Shown: positions 23,968 to 30,259 of the stretch, piece by piece
Numbering within the stretch: the first letter of the stretch is position 1
How the letters are laid out: each line of letters opens with the position of its first letter
NCBI GenBank assembly: GCA_034437615.1
Contig: DAOTTW010000226.1
Span: 1 to 30,259, forward strand
Direction of reading: 5' to 3'
From: Anaerolineae bacterium
GTDB lineage: Bacteria > Chloroflexota > Anaerolineae > Aggregatilineales > Phototrophicaceae
Length of the DNA stretch: 30,259 nt
The notes under the pieces: model-generated
What the model was told of the DNA's origin: nothing
The model's input: only the letters and a program-made list of their open reading frames with translations
The model's database searches: none
Program-made: the position numbers and the translations under genes

Positions 23968-25266
23968 CTAATAGAAGCGCCCGTTGCTGCCGGAGACATT
24001 GCTCGTACCCGGTAGCGAATTCAGGAATTCTTCGTTGGTCTCGTACATGCGGAAGGCGTTCATCAGTTGCTCCGTCGCGCCGATTTCGGCGGTCTGGTCG
24101 TTCTCGGCCAGATGCGACCACATGCGGCGCATGGTGTAGACGCGCTGCAACACATCTGGGCCGAGCAACAATTCCTCGCGGCGTGTAGAGGACTGGCCCA
24201 TATCGAAGGCCGGGAAGATGCGGCGTTCCTGTAAGCGGCGGCTCAGGTGTAGCTCCATGTTGCCCGTGCCTTTGAACTCCTCGTAAATCACATCATCCAT
24301 CTTGCTGCCTGTGTTGACCAGGCAGGTGGCCACCAGTGTCAGGCTGCCGCCCTCCTCCACGTTACGCGCCGCACCGAACAGGCGCTTCGGTGGATGAATG
24401 GCCGATGGATCGAGACCGCCGGAGAGGGTGCGCCCGCTGGTCGGCACGACGAGGTTATAGGCGCGTGCCAGCCGCGTGATGCTATCCAGCAGGATGACCA
24501 CATCGCGCTTCACCTCAACCAGACGCCGTGCACGCTCTAGTGCCATCTCTGCCACTTTGACGTGATGCTGTACCGGGTCGTCGAATGTCGAGGCGATCAC
24601 CTCCGCATCCACCGAGCGATCCATATCCGTCACTTCTTCCGGGCGCTCACCAATCAAGGCGATCATCAGGTGCACGTTGGGATAATTGAAGCTAATCGCG
24701 TTAGCGATGTCCTTCAGGACGGTGGTCTTGCCCGCTTTGGGTGGCGAGACGATCAGGCCACGCTGCCCGAAGCCAATCGGCGCGATCAGGTTCAGCATCC
24801 GGGTGGATAATACGTGTGGGCGCGTTTCGAGATCGAAGCGGCGTTCAGGGAAGATGGGCGTGAGGCTTTCAAAGTGCTCTCGGAATTTGACCTGCTCCGG
24901 GTTCAGCCCGTTAATGGCATTCACGCGCAGCAGCCCGAAATACTTCTCGGAATCCTTCGGCGGCCTGACCTGACCTATCACCATATCGCCTGTGCGCATG
25001 TTGAAGCGCTTGATCTGCGATTGGCTGACGTAGATGTCATCCGACCCCGGCAGATAGTTATCTGCCCGCAAAAAGCCGATGCCATCGTCCACGATTTCGA
25101 GTACACCGCCGCGCAACTGATGCCCTTGCCGTTCGGCCTCTGTACGTAATAAACCGACGATGAGGTCTTCTTTCTTCAATCGGCTAAAGCGTGGCACGTT
25201 GGCATCACGCGCCAGCGTGCGTAATTCGCCGAGTGTCTTGCTTTCAAGTTCTGCAATATCAACCAT
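23968..25266 (-). CDS. rho: Transcription termination factor Rho
   Basis: N-terminal Rho_N ([30 protein letters not shown]). CSD/RNA-binding domain. Walker A ([13 protein letters not shown]). Q and R loops. RecA-like ATPase domain. 432 aa. Confidence 0.95.
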   Translation of the reverse strand: MVDIAELESKTLGELRTLARDANVPRFSRLKKEDLIVGLLRTEAERQGHQLRGGVLEIVDDGIGFLRADNYLPGSDDIYVSQSQIKRFNMRTGDMVIGQVRPPKDSEKYFGLLRVNAINGLNPEQVKFREHFESLTPIFPERRFDLETRPHVLSTRMLNLIAPIGFGQRGLIVSPPKAGKTTVLKDIANAISFNYPNVHLMIALIGERPEEVTDMDRSVDAEVIASTFDDPVQHHVKVAEMALERARRLVEVKRDVVILLDSITRLARAYNLVVPTSGRTLSGGLDPSAIHPPKRLFGAARNVEEGGSLTLVATCLVNTGSKMDDVIYEEFKGTGNMELHLSRRLQERRIFPAFDMGQSSTRREELLLGPDVLQRVYTMRRMWSHLAENDQTAEIGATEQLMNAFRMYETNEEFLNSLPGTSNVSGSNGRFY

Positions 25267-25538
25267 GAGTTACTCCGGCGGCGGGGGGCAGTCACGCATC
25301 AAGCACCATTGTTGGCCATCTCGCCTATACGGGTCTGATGCGCTGCAAAAGCCGCTTAGCTCCTTGCCTGTTTCGTTTATATGTAGCGTGATGTCGAGGT
25401 CATTTGCCCCGATCAATTTTGGACTTTGGGTAAAGAAGATGCGCTGTTTTCGCCCGGAAATGGGGGATGAGTGCGGAGGGAAGGGTTAAACGACTCCACA
25501 GCTTTACGCAAATATAGCATAGTTCCGGGCAACGGTCA
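25267..25538 (-). promoter_or_regulatory. rho promoter (-35 TTGACC, 17-bp spacer, -10 TATATT, read on minus strand at 25538-25510) and an about 235-nt leader containing a C-rich, G-poor rut-like tract
   Basis: The minus strand reads TTGACCgttgcccggaactatgcTATATT. The leader includes CCCUUCCCUCCGCACUCAUCCCCCAUUUCC (complement of plus-strand 25436-25470, GGAAATGGGGGATGAGTGCGGAGGGAAGGG). It is divergent from the 25648 gene promoter. Confidence 0.4.
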
Positions 25539-25593
25539 AACTGCGAATTTAATTAATCAAACGGATGCCCCTCACACCACGCAGCACGTGCGC

Positions 25594-25599
25594 TATAAT
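25594..25599 (+). promoter_or_regulatory. Candidate -10 box TATAAT for the 25648 gene (motif GCGCTATAATGGTC)
   Basis: CGTGCGCTATAATGGTCATG lies 49 nt upstream of ATG 25648. It shares a 14-mer with the phytase promoter. Confidence 0.35.
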
Positions 25600-25647
25600 G
25601 GTCATGTTGCCACGACTGACTGAAGGATAGCAAAAGGACGAGAGACG

Positions 25648-26214
25648 ATGCAGAATTTGATCCGGCGACTGCTCAACTTTGACCCGCGTAAGCTCACACC
25701 CGCACAGATCGCCCTGATTGTGATTGGTGTCATCGTCGCGCTAGCGGTGCTGAACTTCCTGCTGAGCTTGGCGAACGCCCTACTGCCCGTAATTTTGGTC
25801 GGTGCACTCGGTTACTTTGGTTATCGCTGGCTAAGCAGCCGCAGCGAGGAACTGCCCGCACAGAAACGGCAAAGCCGCAGTGAGCAGGTCGTGGCTGAGG
25901 CCGAAAACAACCGCAAAAACGCCCGCCGCCAGGCCGAAGCCCCTGCACAGGTGCAAGTTGTGGCCCCGCAAGCCGCAGCAGACAGCGCACCAGCCAATGC
26001 AACGCTTGAGCCAGACCAGGACCAAGACGAACAACGCAATTTGCAGGTTGAGCAGGTCGTGAACCCGGATACAGGCTTCAAGGAACCGAATATCGAGCGC
26101 TTGATCGCAGAAGAGGAGCGCAAACTGAAAGAGATTGACGAGAACAACGAGGACGTGCTATCGCAGATCGAAGCACGCCGCAAACGCCTGCTCGGTCAAT
26201 CCGACGACGAATGA
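25648..26214 (+). CDS. Hypothetical small membrane protein (two TM helices plus charged, disordered, coiled-coil-like C-terminal tail)
   Basis: IALIVIGVIVALAVLNFLLSLANALLPVILVGALGYFGY hydrophobic hairpin, then a K/R/E/Q-rich tail. No recognisable family. RBS AAAAGGA upstream. Confidence 0.6.
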   Translation: MQNLIRRLLNFDPRKLTPAQIALIVIGVIVALAVLNFLLSLANALLPVILVGALGYFGYRWLSSRSEELPAQKRQSRSEQVVAEAENNRKNARRQAEAPAQVQVVAPQAAADSAPANATLEPDQDQDEQRNLQVEQVVNPDTGFKEPNIERLIAEEERKLKEIDENNEDVLSQIEARRKRLLGQSDDE

Positions 26215-26220
26215 TACACA

Positions 26221-27756
26221 TTGCCACGAAAAGCCATGCCAATGCCTGAACAACCCAATATCCTGTTCATCGTGCTGGATACGCTCCGGCGGGACCGCCT
26301 GACGAGCTATGGCCACACACAGGATACATCGCCCTATTTTGACGCCTTCGCACAGGATGCCACGCGCTTTGAACGCGCTGTCGCCCCGGCACAGTGGACC
26401 ATCCCCGCGCACGGCTCTATGTTTACCGGCTTTTACCCCAGCACGCACCAACTGACGCAGGCTTACGAATCGCTCTCGGATAGTTACCCGACGCTGGCCG
26501 AAAAGCTACAGATCGCCGGCTATCAGACCACTGCCTTTTGCAATAATCCACTGCTGGGCGTGCTGGATAACGGCCTGCAACGTGGCTTTGACACCTTCTA
26601 CAATTACGCCGGGGCCGCCCCAAACCGCCCGGTGGACACGACACGCGGGCCGTTGCGTCGTGCGCTGCACACGCGCTTTCGTCAATTTGCGCGTCGTATG
26701 ACGAACCAGTTTTCGCGCTCAGATCGGCTCTTTCGTTGGGCGCTGAATCCGCTGTTGGTGCCGCTATGGACGCGGGCCGTGAATTTCAAGGGCAACACGG
26801 CGCTATCAGTGGATGATGCGCTGGCTTACTGGCGTGCCCATGACCACACAAAGCAGCCCTTGTTTATGTTCGTCAACCTGATGGGCGCACATCTGCCTTA
26901 CCGCCCGCCACAGGATTACCTGCGCCACGTCGCGCCGGACATCGCGAACGACAAGCACGCCTATAAATTCATGGCGCAGTTCAACGCCGACTCGCGTGCA
27001 TGGCTTAGCCCCTCAGACGAACCGCTAGCGGATTGGCAGCAACGCGCCCTGGATGGCTTCTATGATGCAGAAATCGCACATCAGGATGTACAGCTTGGCC
27101 GCTTATTGAACGGCTTGCAAGCATCTGGCGCGTTGGATAACACGCTGGTCGTCATCACAGCCGATCATGGTGAAGGGCATGGCGACCATAATTTCATCGG
27201 GCATGGCTTCGTCGTGTATCAGGAATTGGTGCATGTGCCGCTGCTCATCCGCCACCCGGACCGCTACCCGGCAGGCCATACGGTAGGCCGCAACGTCTCC
27301 ACTCGTCGCCTGTTCCATACCATCTTAGAAGCGGCAGGTGTGACCACCGTTGACCACAGCCTGAGCCTGCATCATGCCCTGAACGGCGAGCCGGACAGCG
27401 AAACGCTGGCCTTTGCCGAAGCCTTCCCGCCGGACAACTTGCTGAACGTGCTGCAAAATAGCAAGCCCGAACTCGTGCAAGAGCGCCATCTGCGGCAGGT
27501 GCGGCGCGGTGTGTATGCGGGCGATCATAAGCTGGCGCTGGTGGGTGATGTGACGCAGCAGCTTTTCAATGTGGCAAACGACCCGACAGAAGTGCGGGAT
27601 GTGGCGACACAACACCCGGACATCGTGCAGCATTTGGGACAGGCCATTGATGCCTTCATCGCGGATGCTCAAGCGCAGCGGCGCGGGCCGAACGGCAAGC
27701 TGGCTATGTCCGAGCAGATGGCCGAGCAAATGCGTGCCCTGGGTTACCTGGAATAA
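26221..27756 (+). CDS. Sulfatase-fold (alkaline-phosphatase superfamily) hydrolase with Thr in place of the formylglycine-forming Cys/Ser
   Basis: PNILFIVLDTLRRDRLTSYG aligns to the sulfatase N-terminus. FERAVAPAQWTIPAHGSMFTGFYP aligns to F..AY..SPVCSPSRAALLTGRYP, with C to T and R to H at the CxPxR positions. The downstream GHGF/ADHGE metal-site region is retained. Confidence 0.8.
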   Translation: MPRKAMPMPEQPNILFIVLDTLRRDRLTSYGHTQDTSPYFDAFAQDATRFERAVAPAQWTIPAHGSMFTGFYPSTHQLTQAYESLSDSYPTLAEKLQIAGYQTTAFCNNPLLGVLDNGLQRGFDTFYNYAGAAPNRPVDTTRGPLRRALHTRFRQFARRMTNQFSRSDRLFRWALNPLLVPLWTRAVNFKGNTALSVDDALAYWRAHDHTKQPLFMFVNLMGAHLPYRPPQDYLRHVAPDIANDKHAYKFMAQFNADSRAWLSPSDEPLADWQQRALDGFYDAEIAHQDVQLGRLLNGLQASGALDNTLVVITADHGEGHGDHNFIGHGFVVYQELVHVPLLIRHPDRYPAGHTVGRNVSTRRLFHTILEAAGVTTVDHSLSLHHALNGEPDSETLAFAEAFPPDNLLNVLQNSKPELVQERHLRQVRRGVYAGDHKLALVGDVTQQLFNVANDPTEVRDVATQHPDIVQHLGQAIDAFIADAQAQRRGPNGKLAMSEQMAEQMRALGYLE

Positions 27757-27780
27757 GGCCACCCCGACAGAATAACCGAC

Positions 27781-27815
27781 CAAGTTTGCGGACGCGCAGA
27801 AGCGCGTCCCTGCGA
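27781..27815 (+). repeat. Family-1 singleton extended palindrome (copy E): GTTTGC-GGACGCGC-agaa-GCGCGTCC-CTGCGAAC
   Basis: Perfect 8-bp stem identical to the copy-B second hairpin (GGACGCGC/GCGCGTCC). The 3' flank CCTGCGAAC is the reverse complement of copy B's 5' flank GTTCGCAGG. It lies 25 nt after the sulfatase-like gene stop, in the about 250-nt leader of the next gene. Confidence 0.55.
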
Positions 27816-28003
27816 ACAATGCCAGCTACCCCGCCTATGTAAGATCACGATAAGAAACAGCCCCGTTTCGGCATTTGCCCCCCGGCAGGATGCTAAAATA
27901 TGCGCTGAGTAGGCTTCTGGCCGACCCGATAGCGAGATTATCCTCTTCAGCGAATGCGCCGACGGATAAACACGACCGTATACAAGAGACAAGGCACAAC
28001 GTT

Positions 28004-29899
28004 ATGCCAAAGCTAGCTTTTCGTGAACGCTTGCAACAGGATAAACCGCTGCTGGCCGACGGTGCGATGGGCACCCAGTTACTAGAAAAGGGTGGTTTAT
28101 CGCTGACGACCTGCTTCGACCATCTGAACCTGACACACCCGGAACTCGTGCGCAGCGTGCATGAGGCTTACATCCAGGCCGGTTCAGATTTAATCGAGAC
28201 CAATACGTTTGGTTCTAATCGCTTTAAATTGGCAGAACATGGGCTGGGCGAGCAGGTGCAGGCGATTAATCAAGCAGCCGTGCGTTTAGCGCGGCAGTCA
28301 GCGCAGGCCGCCCCGCGTGCTGTGTACATCGCTGGCTCTATCGGGCCGTTGGGGGTCGCCGTTCGGCCCTATGGCAAGGTGACGAAAGAGGCCGCCCGTA
28401 ACGCCTTCATAGAGCAGATGCGGGCAATGGTCAGCGTGGGGGTGGATGTGTTCTTGCTAGAGACGTTCCCGAACCACAACGACTTGCTGCTGGCGATTGA
28501 TGCGGCGAAGGCCGTTGCGCCCGATATGCCCATCATCGCACAGGCGACCTTCTCCACCGACAGCCTGACGTACACGGGCGACGGTCCGGCGCGTGTAGCG
28601 CACGACCTGCACCGCGCTGGTGTGGATGTGCTGGGGGCCAACTGTGGTGGCGGTCCGTCGCACCTCTCGACTGTGCTAGAGAGCATGACGCGGGCCACAC
28701 CGACAGGCGTGTTTTCTGCCATGCCGAACGCGGGCTTCCCAGAAGTGGTCGGCGGGCGGGCGCTGTATTCAGCCAGCGCCAGCTACTTTGAGGATTACAC
28801 CCGCACGCTGACGGGGCAAGGCGCACGCATCATCGGTGGCTGCTGTGGCACCACACCAGCACACATCGCGGCCATGCGAAAGGCGCTGGATACACCACAA
28901 AACCCCATGCCACAGGTCGAAGTGCTTAGCGCGGAAGAGGACGAAGCCGACGACCCCACACCACAGACCGCGACCTATCTCTCGCAACGTTTAGCAGAGG
29001 GCCGCTTTACGATCACGGTTGAGATGACGCCACCCCGCAGCTACAGCGCCGATAAACTGCTGCATCATGCGCGTTTATTGAGCGACGCCGGGGCTGACCT
29101 GATTGATGTGGCCGATACACCCGCCGCCAAAATGAAAATGAGCGCCTGGGCCGTCAGCCATCTATTGCAGGATCGGGTCGGCATGGAGACCGTGCTGCAC
29201 TTCCCGACGCGGGGCCGTAACATCTTGCGCGTTCAAGGCGATTTGCTGGCTGCGCACGCGCTAGGGCTGCGTAACCTGTTCGTGACAATGGGCGACCCCA
29301 CCCGCATCGGGGACTATCCAGAGGCGACAGATAGCTACGACATCGTGCCCTCTAAGCTGATTGCACTCGTCAAAGGGGAGATGAACGCGGGCCGCGATAT
29401 GGCAGGCAACAGCATCGGCAAGCCGACCAGCTTCACGGTGGGCTGTGCGCTGAATATGGCTGCTGATGACCTGGACCGCGAACTGAAGGTGCTGGATAAA
29501 AAGCTGGCAGCCGGTGCGGATTTTGCGCTGGGTCAGGCTGTCTTTGATCCACCGCGTATTGATGCCTTTTTGCAGCGCTACGAAGAAACGCACGCTACGC
29601 CGTTCGATCTGCCCGTCATTATGGGCGTGATCCCGTTGCGTAGCCTGGGTCAAGCACGCTTTTTGCATAACGAAGTGCCTGGTATCAGCATCCCGGACGC
29701 GATTTTTAAGCGCCTGGAAGAGGCCGATGAGCGCGGCGACGACGCGGCGGTTGAACGTGAGGGCTTACGCATCGCGCAGGAACTCATGCAGCAGATGCGC
29801 GACCGTGTGCAGGGTGCGTATATCATCCCATCCGTAGGGCGCTACGACCTGGCCGCCGAACTGGTGAACGCGATTGCGATGGCCCCTGTCGGAATATAA
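28004..29899 (+). CDS. Bifunctional homocysteine S-methyltransferase / 5,10-methylenetetrahydrofolate reductase (YitJ-like)
   Basis: N-terminal Hcy-binding (S-methyltransferase) domain with LLADGAMGTQL, ETNTFGSN, GANCGGGP and GGCCGTTPAHI (zinc-binding Cys) motifs. C-terminal MTHFR TIM-barrel (TITVEMTPPRS...LLSDAGADLIDVAD...GIPLRSL). Start is set at 28004 (MPKLAFRERL), not ORF-track 27875. Confidence 0.85.
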   Translation: MPKLAFRERLQQDKPLLADGAMGTQLLEKGGLSLTTCFDHLNLTHPELVRSVHEAYIQAGSDLIETNTFGSNRFKLAEHGLGEQVQAINQAAVRLARQSAQAAPRAVYIAGSIGPLGVAVRPYGKVTKEAARNAFIEQMRAMVSVGVDVFLLETFPNHNDLLLAIDAAKAVAPDMPIIAQATFSTDSLTYTGDGPARVAHDLHRAGVDVLGANCGGGPSHLSTVLESMTRATPTGVFSAMPNAGFPEVVGGRALYSASASYFEDYTRTLTGQGARIIGGCCGTTPAHIAAMRKALDTPQNPMPQVEVLSAEEDEADDPTPQTATYLSQRLAEGRFTITVEMTPPRSYSADKLLHHARLLSDAGADLIDVADTPAAKMKMSAWAVSHLLQDRVGMETVLHFPTRGRNILRVQGDLLAAHALGLRNLFVTMGDPTRIGDYPEATDSYDIVPSKLIALVKGEMNAGRDMAGNSIGKPTSFTVGCALNMAADDLDRELKVLDKKLAAGADFALGQAVFDPPRIDAFLQRYEETHATPFDLPVIMGVIPLRSLGQARFLHNEVPGISIPDAIFKRLEEADERGDDAAVEREGLRIAQELMQQMRDRVQGAYIIPSVGRYDLAAELVNAIAMAPVGI

Positions 29900-29929
29900 T
29901 GGATAAATGAAAACGAACCTATATCATTG

Positions 29930-29978
29930 GTAGGGGCTTAGCCTGCTAAGCCCTGGGTTTGGCAAGCCAAACCCCTAC
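29930..29978 (+). repeat. Family-2 double-hairpin REP-like element, intact copy
   Basis: GTAGG-GGCTTAG-cctg-CTAAGCC-ctg-GGTTTGG-caag-CCAAACC-CCTAC. Two perfect 7-8 bp stems are bracketed by complementary GTAGGGG...CCCCTAC ends. Lies 31 nt after the stop of the preceding gene. Confidence 0.65.
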
Positions 29979-30010
29979 ACGATATCATCCGAATCCGTTT
30001 TGATTTCTCC

Positions 30011-30259
30011 ATGAGTCAACAGTTTAGCCCAGAGGCGACAGGTACACAGACGATGAGCAAGATCAACATCAGCGGCATATTGCGGGCGATCACACGCGGT
30101 CGAGCGTCTCTATCCGACACAAACGCGCTACTGGTGGCTGTCAGTGGCATTGATGCTGCTGGCAAGACCACCGTCACCAACAAACTCGCCTTCAGTCTGC
30201 GTGAGGACGGCTTAGAGGTCGCTATGATTAGCCTGGAAAAGTGGCACAACCCGCGCCGC
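30011..30259 (+). CDS. P-loop nucleoside/nucleotide kinase-like protein, partial (continues past window end)
   Basis: MSQQFSPEATGTQTMSKINISGILRAITRGRASLSDTNALLVAVSGIDAAGKTTVTNKLAFSLREDGLEVAMISLEKWHNPR. Walker A GIDAAGKTT resembles uridine/pantothenate-kinase-type P-loops. No stop in the window, so it is absent from the ORF track. An alternative start is at 30053. Confidence 0.5.
   Translation, partial: MSQQFSPEATGTQTMSKINISGILRAITRGRASLSDTNALLVAVSGIDAAGKTTVTNKLAFSLREDGLEVAMISLEKWHNPRR

Noticed and set aside
27875-28003. ORF-track start (27875) of the methyltransferase/MTHFR gene, adding 43 N-terminal residues
   Set aside because: The extension (MPPGRMLKYALSRLLADPIARLSSSANAPTDKHDRIQETRHNV) has no counterpart in the family, which begins near MPKLAFRERL. 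The internal ATG at 28004 matches the conserved N-terminus. The extension is probably leader sequence.
27757-28003. SAM (S-box) riboswitch upstream of the YitJ-like gene
   Set aside because: I looked for the SAM-I core elements (kink-turn, the GAGGGA...GGC / CCC...GCAACC pairings) and did not see them. Other SAM/SAH classes cannot be excluded by eye, so this is flagged only as something to check.
1-30259. tRNA, rRNA, SRP RNA or tmRNA genes
   Set aside because: No cloverleaf-like GGTTCGA(A/T)TCC T-arm motifs or rRNA-like conserved stretches were seen in any intergenic region. An ffs (4.5S) gene is not adjacent to ffh here. Absence by eye is not proof, and tRNAscan and cmscan should confirm.
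1-30259. A RAYT/IS200-like transposase or other mobile-element gene associated with the REP-like repeats
   Set aside because: No ORF of about 130-180 aa with an HuH-Y1 motif, and no integrase, transposase or phage gene, is present in this window. The repeats appear here without their presumptive mobilising enzyme.

Overview
High-GC bacterial chromosomal window. The gene content and protein styles (Uma2/DUF820 endonuclease, LysM/SH3b cell-surface proteins, hairpin terminators without U-tracts) suggest a Chloroflexi-like organism; this is inference only. The window is mostly housekeeping, and I found no CRISPR array, transposase, rRNA or tRNA.

Gene content, start to end:
- A secreted-protein locus (1-3657): a partial gene with two PPC-like domains, an SH3b lipoprotein and a five-LysM protein.
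- An nfeD-flotillin operon (3794-6098, minus strand).
- The conserved ffh-rpsP-KH-rimM cluster (6259-9278) followed directly by the dnaG-rpoD pair (9435-13531).
- A peptide/nickel-type ABC importer on the minus strand (13593-17517: two permeases plus a family-5 substrate-binding protein) with no ATPase genes nearby.
- A Uma2-family endonuclease and an MBL-fold hydrolase (17700-18998).
- A large secreted fusion protein (19352-21535): a LivJ/K-like binding domain joined to SH3b and CARDB-like domains.
- A minus-strand group of a GT2 glycosyltransferase, a beta-propeller phytase and rho (21758-25266).
- A small two-TM protein, a sulfatase-fold enzyme with Thr in place of the formylglycine Cys/Ser, and a YitJ-like homocysteine S-methyltransferase/MTHFR fusion (25648-29899).
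- A partial P-loop kinase gene at the 3' edge (30011-30259).

The most interesting signal is in the non-coding DNA. Two families of dispersed palindromic intergenic repeats carry GTAGG/CCTAC heads, as E. coli REP elements do.
- Family 1 has GGAC-N-loop-N-GTCC hairpins whose stem cores differ between copies but stay perfectly base-paired. Three copies are composite BIME-like units with a shared about 22-nt leader, GGCGGCTGACGCCGCCCCGGAC, and two singleton hairpins lack the leader.
- Family 2 is an about 48-bp double hairpin present in opposite orientations at 5422-5469 and 29930-29978.
- The composite family-1 copies can also fold into mutually exclusive alternative pairings, like an attenuator.
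- No RAYT/IS200-like transposase gene is in the window.

Other features the gene calls do not explain: an about 11-unit tandem array of the 8-bp motif TTACATCT between rpsP and the KH gene; a long nested inverted repeat between the ABC substrate-binding and permease genes; a C-rich, G-poor rut-like stretch in the about 235-nt rho leader; and a -10 motif (GCGCTATAATGGTC) shared by two promoters flanking rho.
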